Shown here piece by piece: positions 22,172 to 32,745 of a stretch of 64,000 nt of DNA. This stretch comes from Centroscyllium fabricii. Lineage: Eukaryota. Numbering within the stretch: position 1 is the stretch's first letter; every line of letters starts with the position of its first letter. A model generated the notes under the pieces. The model saw only the letters and a program-made list of their open reading frames with translations, searched no databases and had not been told where the DNA came from. Location of the stretch: positions 51,956,001-52,020,000 of the forward strand of contig JBNRSN020000008.1 of the NCBI GenBank assembly GCA_051313645.2. Direction: 5' to 3'. The translations under genes and the position numbers were made by a program.

Positions 22172-23343
22172 TGTAACCCTTTTTACGATTGGCCCCCCCC
22201 TTCTCCTTTACTGAGAATGGGGTTCGGGTTAATACCAATTACCTCGTAGGTTCTGAACGTACCCCACGTGTAGAATTCTGTGACCTCCACCCAAATGTAA
22301 CCCTTTTAACTTGAGAGAGATGAATCAGAGACCAGATTAATATTTACAAACTTTAATAACAGGGATGGGAGATAGAGTTTAAATACAAACAGTGTTAAGC
22401 AACTAGCAACTAGATACAAAAACAGAAAGCAGCGTTAATGTCATATAACAAATCAGTCCACATTCATTTAGTTCTCAAACACTCCCCAGAACACATATCA
22501 ACAAGCAATTTACACAATGGCAAGGCACCCACTTTAGCACCCTTACCCCTTGTTATCCCCAAGCCCTTCTCTCAGTAGCTAATACTCACGACTGTCCGAA
22601 TAGGCTTTACAATGAGGACCGTATACTACAGTCTACTCACGACTGTCCGAATAGGCTTTACAATGAGGACCGTATACTACAGTCTACTCACGACTATCCG
22701 AATAGGCTTTACAATGAGGACCGTATACTACAGTCTACTCACGACTATCCGAATAGGCTTTACAATGAGGACCGTATACTACAGTCTACTCACGACTATC
22801 CGAATAGGCTTTACAAGGGGGGACCGTATACTACAGTCTACTCCCCAACTATCCGAATAGGCTTTACAAGGGGGGACCGTATACTACAGTCTACTCCCCA
22901 AGAGAGTTAATGACGGCTCACGGAACTGCCTCCCTCGTGGCTTCTCTGGATTTTCCCGGATCTTCTCCTTCTAACCTCCTGCTTCTGGCTTCTCTGTTCC
23001 CGCTCTTTTTTCCTTGGCGTGCCCAGTCTTTTATCCTGTCCTGGCTCCACCCTCCAGTAAATCACCCCACCTTAGCCAGCCTATCGCAACACAATCACAC
23101 AGCCCCCACCTGCAAGACTCCTCTTGTTTTTCCAGACTGGTCGGAGCCGAGTGCTGGTTTCCATGGCAGCCCAGCCTTTCGGCAACAATGTTCATACTCA
23201 CACCTGGACAACAACCCCCGTGTGATCAAACTGCCAGACAAATTGGCACCGAAGAAGTCACCTGACCTCAGACCACTGGATCCCTAGACTTTTAACCCTT
23301 TAGGGAGATTCTCCCTGACTCTGGGTTTCAGACCCAGGTTACA
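22172..23343 (-). mobile_element. Solo LTR (1172 bp; ERV or Gypsy) inserted in a CR1 3' microsatellite tail
   Basis: Termini TGTAACC...GGTTACA (7-bp inverted) and a 4-bp TSD ATAA (22168-22171, 23344-23347). Minus-strand GATAAAA (~23030) and ATTAAA (~22355) suggest the orientation. Confidence 0.8.
22584..22899. repeat. 51-52 bp tandem repeat, ~6 units, inside the solo LTR
   Basis: Unit ACTCACGACT(G/A)TCCGAATAGGCTTTACAATGAGGACCGTATACTACAGTCT; gives the 17-aa periodic ORF 22612-22860. Confidence 0.95.
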
Positions 23344-24087
23344 ATAAGAACATAAGAAGTAGGAGCAGGAGTAGGCCATACGGCCCTTCGTGCCTGCTCC
23401 GCCACTTAATAGGATCATGGTTGATCCGAACTTAGATTCACATCCACTTCCCTGCCTGTTCCCCGTAACCCCTTATTCCCTTATCAGCAAGGAAACTGTC
23501 TATTTCCGATTTAAATTTATTTAATGTCCCAGCTTCCACAGCTCGCTGAGGCAGCAAATTCCACAGACTCACCACTCGCTGAGTGAAGAAATTCCTCCTC
23601 ATCTCAGTTTTGAAAGGGCAGCCCCTTATTCTCAGATTCTAGTCTCACCCATCAGTGGAAACATCCTCACCGCATCCACCCGATCAAGCCCCCTCACAAT
23701 CTTATATGTTTCGATAAGATCGCCTCTCACTCTTCTGAACTCCAATGAGTAGAGGCCCAAACTACTCAACCTTTCCTCATAAGTCACCCCCTCATCTCCA
23801 GAATCAACCGAGTGAATCTTCTCTGAACTGCCTCGAGAGCAAGTATATCCATTCTCAAATATGGAAAACAAAACTGTATGCAGTATTCTAGGTGCGGCCT
23901 CACCAGTACCTTTTATAACTGTAGCAAGACTTCCCTGCTCTATACTCCATCCCCTTGCAATAAAAGCCAAGATTCTATTGGCCTTCCTGATCACCTGCTG
24001 TACCTGCATACTAACCTTCTGTGTTTCATGCACCAGGGCCCCCAGATCCCTTTGTACTGTAGCACTTTGCAGTTTCTCTCCATTCAG
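23344..24087 (-). mobile_element. CR1 LINE 3' end
   Basis: QRDLGALVH..., YEERLSSLGLYSLEFRRVRGDLIETYKI peptides and a tail ...CTCCTGCTCCTACTTCTTATGTTCTTA. Confidence 0.88.
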
Positions 24088-24337
24088 AGATAGAACATAT
24101 AACCCAGGAGGCGACAATGAATCTGTACAAGGTACTGGTACGGCCTCACCTAGAGTATTGTGTACAATTCTGGTTACTGTGTGATTCCAGGCATTGGAGG
24201 TAATGGTGAAAAGGACAACCAAATTGTTGCCTAGCTATGACATTTGAGTTGTAAGGAGAAGTGGAAGGCCCTGGGACTTCTTATTCTGAAGAGAAGGCTC
24301 AGAGGAGATATTGTTCAAGTAGAAACATAGAAACATA

Positions 24338-24943
24338 GTCCAAAGATGTGCGGGTTAGGTTGATTGGCCATGATAAATTGACCCATAGTGTTAGGGGGAT
24401 TGAATAGGTGGGGTTACGGCGATAGGGTGGGATATGTGTCGATGCAGGCTCGATAGGGATCAAGGTATATGGGGAGAAGGCAGGGACAGGGTACTGGGTT
24501 TGGATGATCAGCCATGATCTCAGGCCTACTCCTGCTCCTATCTTCTATGTTTCTAAACATAGGAGCAGGAGTAGGCCATTCGGCCCTTCAAGCCTGCTCC
24601 GCCATTCAATGAGATCATGGCTGATCATCCAAACTCAGTACCCTGTCCCTGCCTTGTCCCCATATCCCTCGATCCATATCGAGCCTGCACCGACACATAT
24701 CCCACCCTATCCCTGTAACCCCACATATTTAATCCCCCTAACACTAAGGGTCAATTTATCCTGGCCAATCAACCTAACCCGCACATCTTTGGACTGTGGG
24801 AGGAAACCGGAGCACCTGGGAGGAAACCCACGCAGACACGGGGAGAATGTGCAAACTCCACACAGCTAGTACCCGAGGCTGGATTTGAACCCAGGTCTCT
24901 AGTGCTGTGAGACAACAGTGCTAACCACTATGCCACCGTGCCG
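24338..24943. mobile_element. Tail-to-tail pair of V-SINEs (5'-truncated plus copy 24338-24555, full minus copy 24556-24943) inside an old plus-strand CR1 remnant (~24090-25250)
   Basis: 24338-24555 is the reverse complement of ~24556-24795; tRNA head at the 24943 end. Confidence 0.85.
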
Positions 24944-25879
24944 CCCTTGAACTATTCAAGATTCTTAAAAGGACAGTTAATTTGAACCTTAATATCATGT
25001 TTGAGATTGCCACAAATGCTAGAACCAGAAAAAATGTACTCATGTTTAGAAGCGGGAAGGTGCACAGATAGTTTAGATTTAATTACTTTACACAACGAGC
25101 GTTGAACATGTGGAATGGATTATGGAAGATAGTGTGGGAATATTTAAGGGTGAATTGGATAGATATTTGAGGGAGTGGGTGGTTAAGAAGCATTTGTTTT
25201 GGGGACTAGTCAGATGAAGTGCAGAGTCTTTTCCTGTGTTGTACTTTGAATGGAAGCATCACCATCAGTATTTCTGTTGAAAATGAATGACTCAAAATAA
25301 ACGTGATTAATGACACACATATGAAAGCAAAAGGTCATGCAACACCAAATTATTTTCTAATTTTACTCTTACTGTCTTTTTACCTTTACTTTTATATTCT
25401 GGCATACATACTTTTCAAATATTTCAATAATAATCATTAAAAGAATCCGTATCATTAAAAAATCAATAATAAGCGGCGTTTTTTAAAAGTTAACTTCAGC
25501 ATGCTTGTTTTGTTGTTTTAATCCTCTTTGCTCACCAGTAGTCTTCATGAACTTTTCTGTTCTGTTAAAGGTGTTGATTCCTTGCTGGGAACAGTTCCAC
25601 ATAGGCCATCCAGTGCCTCCCTGAAGTGGTCATTATTCCTATCTGTGTCTTGACAGTGTCAGGGGCCATTTGATCATAAGAAGCATTATAGCCAACCCAA
25701 ATCCTGCCCTCACCTGATGATTACACATACTCACTTCATGTAGGGGATGCTGGATAGTACGAACTCTGGCCAATTTCCCTTTGTCAATTACAACAGTCCC
25801 TACTGCCACCCTGGCTGAGATGTTTTAAATCAACACTGATCAAACATGGGACCTTCCTGATCTTTACGACTCAGCTATT

Positions 25880-26436
25880 AACTGGGTAGACTTGTTGAGC
25901 CATTGAGAATGGAAAGGCTGTGCTCCCACTGCAGTCAGGGAGCGGTGGAGACAGAGCTGCACTTCCTCACAACTTGCAAAAACTATCAGGAAATAAGGGG
26001 AAATTTCTTCCCAAAATTTGCAACAACATGCCCTGAATTCAAAAATCTGAACGACCACCAAAAACTCCCATATCTATTGGGGGAACAGAGGGACTGTATA
26101 AAATTAGCGGCAAACTACGTCACAGCTTGTCATAAGCAGAGGGACAACCAGTGACCATTGAAGCTAGGAAGAGCCTACAAGATCTAGATGCGGGTATATA
26201 TGTATGTGTTTGCATAGCTATTCATTCAATACGTCTGGTTATGCATTTTTATGTCCAATTGTATATGTTCTTTTCAGATCTATATGTGGGTTTTTATGTG
26301 TATGTGTATGCATAGTTATTCATTCAATACATCTGGTTATGCATTTGTATGTCCAACTGTATATGTTCTTTTTTGTGCTTTGGCAACAGAGGATGTATCT
26401 TGTCATGCCAATAAAGCAATTTGAATTGAATTGAAT
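25880..26436 (+). mobile_element. Non-LTR retrotransposon 3' end with C-terminal CCHC zinc finger (clade uncertain)
   Basis: ORF 25903-26154 RLCSHCSQGAVETELHFLTTCKNY, followed by a 3'UTR with an internal ~90-bp duplication, AATAAA and a (TTGAA)n tail. Confidence 0.78.
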
Positions 26437-26472
26437 GGCTGCTTAATACTTGCAAAAATTATATGTAAATTA

Positions 26473-26935
26473 AACCTGCTCTCAAGTGGATGTAAAAGAT
26501 CCCGTGGCACTATTTGGAAGAAGAGCGGGGGAGTTATCCCCGGAGTCCTGGCCAATATTTACCCCTCAATCAACATCACTAAAACAGATTATCTGGTCAT
26601 TATCACATTGCTGTTTGTGGGAGCTTGCTGTGAGCAAATTGGTTGCCGTGTTTCCTACATTACAATAGTGACTACAGTTCAAAACATACTCCATTGGCTG
26701 TAAAACACTTTGGGTCATCCGGTGGTACATAAGAACATAAGAAATAGGAGCAGGAGGAGGCCAATCGGCCCCTCAAGCCCGCTCCGCCATTCAATGAGAT
26801 CATGGCTGATCTGATCCGAACCTCAAATCTACTTTCACTCTCCATCCCGCCCGAACCCATGTGATCTCCCGGGAGAGGCGAAAAAACAGATTAAAAAAAC
26901 ATGAAAAGCGTTATATAAATGCAAGTCTTTCTTAT
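26473..26935 (+). mobile_element. Deu-domain SINE (SacSINE1/AmnSINE1-like) 3' part, interrupted by a CR1 tail at ~26727-26900
   Basis: GGATGTAAAAGATCCCGTGGCACTATTT...TCCTGGCCAATATTTA...ATCACATTGCTGTTTGTGGGAGCTTGCTGTG resembles the recalled Deu domain; L2-type tail TTATATAAATGCAAG. Confidence 0.75.
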
Positions 26936-27949
26936 TTTACAACATTGCTGAGATACCATTTGATGACTGTTGCTTTGCTGATGTTAAATCAAGTCCTTCA
27001 TACTGTTAGATGCAATAAACTCCTCTGAGAAAGTTTCCCCGATTAGGTCATCGGTCCACCACTTAAACAAAAAAATAATGCAAAATACATCAACAGAATT
27101 AGCCTGAAAAAAATTGTTTTCAAGTGAATCATTAGTTTCTTTAATCATTTGATTTTTAAACGAGGGGCTGATGATAAGAGTCCTTCTTTAAAAAGTAACT
27201 GAAAGCCATCCTATTGTAATTATGCTCAAGGGAGAACCAGTCTGCTCTCTACTCATGGGATTACACCCACAGTTTGTCTGCACTTACCGAGTCTTGCACA
27301 ATTTATCATTTGAAAGCTCAGTCCTACTCACTGAAGTAAACTAGTCTTTCCCAGGAATGCAGCCTTCATAGAATACGATCCCCCCACCACCACTCTCCCA
27401 AAAAAAGGAATGGGTTTACAGTATGCATCAAAAGGAAAATACATTTTAAAGTTACATGCAGACAAAATTTATTCTATCTAAGTGAAAAGAAGCAGCTCCT
27501 GAAAGCAGCATCACTGGAATCACTTGGACCTGGTGTGTGACTAAGGCGCTTAAGTGCTTGACTCCATTTTCACCATTTTATACCCATCCTGGGTATTCTT
27601 TTATCGTGTTATGTTGCAGCAGGAGAGAAAAAAATGATTGAGGAAAGTTCTGTATTAAAAGACAGCTGATTGACGTCTGGCCTGGGTACCGGATAAACTC
27701 TGGCAGTGAACACTGAACTTCCCCCGGACAGGACTGGAGCAGATTTTTTGCTTTGAAAGTCCAGAGAGTTTGGTTTACATTTCGGCAGAAATCCCCCCCA
27801 TGCACCGGGTCAGTTTGTTCGAACATTTCACACGCCCGATCGACGTAGCCAACCAGATCCTTGCTACCTTTAACCAGCAATGTTGGAATAATTACTGGAA
27901 TAAAAGAAAAAAACATCTCGGGAATCAGACCCCCAAAATCTCCAGGGAG

Positions 27950-29260
27950 CCCACTTTTACATTTCGTTACATAAAACCCACAACATCTCAGAAGTTGTGC
28001 ACCCCCCAAAAAAACCTCTGGGCCCCGCCTATTCCTGCGAAAAAAATAACCCCAAAATGACTGGCTCCGATAAATGATCAATCTGATTTATTATTACCCA
28101 ATGTCTGGCGATTGAAAACTTAATTAGACCCAACAGGAGTTAGCGACATGTCAAGGCAGGGCAGCGTGGGGACTGTCAGGGAGCCAATGGCTGGACGGCG
28201 GAGGCTTGAGTTTTTTGCTATCGATGTGAAACGAGGGAGAAGCAGATATTTGGAAATGTACAACTCGTGAGAGAGACAAAAAAAGGGGGAAAGAATCACA
28301 GACACACTGGCGCGGTATACACGCACACACACACAAGCCATTTCAGAACCACACGCCACAAACCCAAATATAATCGCTTTTATATCCTTCCAACCTCACG
28401 AATCCCAATCGTTCTGTTAAAACCAGGTAATGGTTGGTTTCCTGTTTCAGGGAGGACTCGGGCAACAGGGCGCGTTAACCCTTTAGCCGCCAGTGCGTTT
28501 CACTCCGGAGAATGTCCTCCTCCTCTTGTTTTATTATTAGATCCGTTACTTTAGGGTGAGAGGTTAAGGCAGTAGTTTAAATAATCATTAGCGGCTGATG
28601 TTTAAGGGCGAGCTCTTTGAGTTAAAGGCAGGTTACCAATCAGACACTGGGAGGGGGGGAAAAGACTGTGAGGGTCCTGGGACATGAACACCGTGCTCGT
28701 GTCTTTTGAAATCTCGCAAAAAAAACAAACCCAAGATCAAAGTTTCTGAATATGGTGAAAGTTTCGAGTTATTGCGAAACCTTCAGCTGGGACACATTTT
28801 ACAGCGGCGGGGGTTGGGAGGAGGGGGTTCAATGTCGAAATTCCAGTTGGAGATGAGAAGATTCAGACTATTGGGTTGGTGCAAAGCAACACACACACAC
28901 ACACACAAAAATGAGACGCGAGACGCCAACTTTCTACGAAATAAAACATGTCATTTAAGTATCATCCGTGGCAAAGCCAGGGGAAGAGGATCCGGTCCTG
29001 GTCTCGGCAGCCGCATCTGGGAGGCTCTGCATCCGTCTATCCCACTGCCTCTCTGTCTCTCTCTGAACCAGCATGAGTTGGAAAGGGCTGGAGTTTTTTT
29101 GTGTGTGTGTTTGTTGTTTGAAGTCACTGAGTGGCACGGGCGGTGGCGGGGTGTGGAGGGGGGTGCTGCTGTGAGATCTGTACTTTCAGAGACAGCTAGT
29201 CATATAAGAATGGTGCAATCTCACTCTTAATGTCGAACCAGGGAGAGAGGGGCATCTTGC
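27950..29260 (+). promoter_or_regulatory. Putative ZEB2 promoter / upstream regulatory region
   Basis: TE-free, CpG-enriched sequence directly upstream of exon 1, with CCAAT motifs (~28184, ~28637). Inferred from position. Confidence 0.5.
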
Positions 29261-29726
29261 ATTTCCACTTCCCGCCACCCTACCCCTTCCTCTGATGATC
29301 GCCGCCAATAGAAAGGTAATTTAATCCAGATTCGTGCTGGACGCAGAGCGAGAGAGAGAGAGAAATGTTTGAAAACGTCACTTCTACCGATGATCACGTT
29401 TACGGATCTTCAATTATCCCTCAGCATGAAGATAGGTGGCGTGCGTTTCTGGGGCCGCTCTTCAGGGACTCTCTTTATAGAAAAATGTCATTGCAACAAG
29501 CGGAACACGTCAGTCCGTCCACAGGTTGTGTTTCCTGGTGTGGGAGACAACGGGGCGATCAGTTCTAACCTGCACAGCAGGAATAACGGTCCTTCCTCAA
29601 GTCTTTAAAGGTCTTTTTTCTCTCTGCCCCCTTTCCCCCCTCAAAAAAAAACCTCGCCTTGCTCTTCATCTCCACGCTGCCGATCTCCTACCAGCCTTAC
29701 TAAACAACACAGCCAGGACAGAGCAG
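29261..29726 (+). other. ZEB2: ZEB2 non-coding exon 1 (5'UTR); start approximate
   Basis: Blocks match the human ZEB2 5'UTR as recalled: GATCACGTTT, CTTCAATTATCCCTC, AAGATAGGTGGCG, AAAAATGTCATT, AACACGTCAGTCCGTCC, GATCAGTTCTAACCTGC, GCAGGAATAACGGTCCT. Donor GCAG|GTATTT at 29726/29727. Confidence 0.82.
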
Positions 29727-31156
29727 GTATTTGATACATTTATATATCTCTTAATAGACAGAGAGATTTTTTTTTGGTGGGGGGGGGGGGGGGTTTGGTG
29801 TATGCGTGTGTAGGTATTTGTAAATAAGCGCGAGGAAATAAACTTTTTTGGGGGTGTGAATTTCGTCCGTTCCTCCTCTTTATGCTGGGTTTTTTTTTGT
29901 TGCATTTTTGGGTGCAAAACTTTTGTTCGAGTACCTGACGTCCAGGTGTTTAAAACAAAAAGGTGTTGCTGGAGGGGGGTGGGGGGGGACTGCAGCAAGT
30001 CGGTCAGCTGGCGGGAATCTTCTAAGGAAAATTTGCAATTCTCTCCTGTCCAGCTCGCGTGTGTTTCTCAGTGTGTTGGTTTTTTTTGGGGTGATTTTCT
30101 TTAGCGAGGGATGGATTATTCAAGTGGACCGTTACCTGCTGCGACAGTGCGACTGGCTGCCTCGGTGCCTCTTCACTGTGACTCTCGTTTATTTAAAGAC
30201 GGAAATTTCGAGGGATTGAAAAGAGCGATTTAGAATATGTCTTATTTGTAGAGGATTTATGGGAAGCCACGGTTGTGTGTATGTGTGTGTAATTTACAAC
30301 AAACTGAAACAAACGGTCCGGATCCCCCTATTGCTGTGAATGGACGTGTTAGCAAAAACTTTCAATCCCTTTTTGAACTATGCGGTGTTTCTACTTTCTT
30401 TTTGCCTTTGCTGTGCGCGTTATTGAAAGAAAAAAAAACCCTAGCAAACTTCAAGGGGTTGTGGGACTGCGGGGCTGGGGGGTAAGAACAAAAATCAAAT
30501 TGGAATGACAGAAGTGAAAGTTGGGTTGGTGTTGAAGGCGAATGATTACTAAAGTCGTAGTTCTAATCAGAATTCAGGGGGAGCGGATGGTGTTACAAGT
30601 GTGATTCATTGTGTAGGAGGAGGTAGTCGCAATTGTTTATTTTTTTATTTCTTTCCCTTCACTTGAGTTAAGTAAAACAGAAAGTGCAGTTTGTTGTGTG
30701 TGCGTCTGGCGCTCACTGATGGCATTTTTCACTATGACATGCTCGATCGCTTCTATGACTTTATTACATAAGATAAGTCGGACTGGCCATTTTTTGAGTG
30801 TTCCTGAAGTCTTTGTTGCTGTGGAGGGGGGTTTTGTGTGTGTGTGTGTTTGTGTGGAGTGTGGTCAGACTTTCATAGAGACTATATGCTGGGATAAATA
30901 TCAGCCACAGTTTCTGTGCGTTGCTGGTTTCTCTGATGCGACCCCTTTTTGTAGAACACAGCCCGGGTCCCCCCCACCCCCCACCCCCACCCCATTTGCC
31001 AGTTTCGTTTCAGTTTGAATTCACAACAAAGCTTGTTTTATAATCATACGTTTCCTGCCATCATTCGCAGGGCGTAAATCAATCTCTGTGTGTTTTAAAT
31101 ATATTTCAAAAAGGAACATCTGTAAATTGGGAGGGGGGAATGACCACATTCTTGTC

Positions 31157-31310
31157 ATGATGTGGAGGTGCCGGTGTTGGACTGGGGTGGACAAATGCAA
31201 GAAGTCACACAACACCAGGTTATAGTCCCAACAGTTTTATTAGAAATCACAGTGAATTAAAATAAAACTGTTGGGACTATAACCTGGTGTTGTGTGTGAC
31301 TTCTTACACA
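31157..31310. mobile_element. Penelope family A terminal fragment arranged as a hairpin in the ZEB2 5'UTR intron
   Basis: AAGAAGTCACACAACACCAGGTTATAGTCCCAACAGTTTTATT (~31199-31241) is followed by its reverse complement (~31261-31305). Confidence 0.85.
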
Positions 31311-31841
31311 TTCATGTCATGTTACAGTTACACTTTGCCCACATGAGCCGGAATCACCTTTAATCAGCGCGGGTGTTTGATGCTTTGGGCTGTGTGTGTG
31401 TGTGTGTGTGTGTGTGGGGGGGGGACGAGGATTTGGTAATATTTTGCTGGGGGGGGGGGGGGGGGGCACGGAGGAGGAGGGAGGCTGGCTGGCTGGGTGG
31501 GTGGGTGGGTGGTGTCGGTTGCAAAAAAAAAGTAAATGAATGCTGGTAAAGGTGCAAATTCCAGAACGGGCGGAAATCGCCTGGATTGACAGACACCGAG
31601 TCTGATCTCAGCCGGCACCGTTACTTTCGTCTTTCATCGCCCCCCACTTGCAGATGCTGATGTAGTTTAACGATTACACGTTTCCTCCAGTCAGGGGAAA
31701 TAAAAATCAAACATTTCTGAAGTCCTGGAAAACCAGCACGATGCCGGTTCTCACACACACACACACACACAACGACCCCATCGGTCGTCACAGTGCAAAT
31801 TCTTGGTTGTTTTTTTTGGTTTGTGTGTGTCCACCTCTCAG

Positions 31842-32024
31842 AAATGTACGAAGTCACACACAGCACCAGCTTATAGTCCCAACAGTTTGATTTGAAATCT
31901 CAAGCTTTCGGAGCGTTGCTCCTTCGTCAGGTGAAGTGCAGAGATGCATCATACAGGCACAGCATATATATATAGTCAGAGAATATTTGTCCACCCCAGT
32001 CCAACACCGGTACCTCCACATCAT
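31842..32024 (-). mobile_element. Penelope family A fragment with hammerhead motif (~31898-31934) and an inverted terminal piece
   Basis: Minus strand UCAC-CUGACGA-A-GGAGC-AAC-GCUCC-GAAA-GC-UU-GAGA (one stem I mismatch). 31984-32024 is the reverse complement of 31157-31197. Confidence 0.8.
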
Positions 32025-32462
32025 GGTACCTCTGGTTAGTCAGCGATCGCGCTTCCCTCCCTCCCTCCCCCCCTCCAACAAACAAAAGAGTAAAGTGCAG
32101 CAACAACAACAAATAAAACCTTTTTGATCAAAAAAACCCCAGTCACGCTTCTTTCTAACAATCGCATTTTTTAAAAGAAATAAACAGAATATAAAAGCAT
32201 ATTTTCAGTGGCCTGGTTCCCTGTATGTGCTTGGGACAGTCGCGGGCTTTGTGCAATGGTCCCCTGGTTGGGAAGATTTGGGGGTAAAGTGGTTGTTGAG
32301 AGTTGCGGTGTGTGGCGAGAGCTGCCGGTTTCTGCACTCGCTGCAGCCCCAGTGCGCTGCTGGCCGGGGCTGCGCTTTATTTCGCGGGCAGTATTTAAAT
32401 GAGTACCGTAAAACACATTGTTGGCGTGTGTGTGTGTGTGTGTGTTTTGCAAACGCTCTCTC

Positions 32463-32494
<32 letters not shown>

Positions 32495-32499
32495 CCAAG

Positions 32500-32745
<246 letters not shown>

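Noticed and set aside
22584-22899. CRISPR-like or repeat-protein-coding array
   Set aside because: Pure tandem repeat without spacers inside an LTR; the periodic ORF is a by-product of the 51-bp unit.
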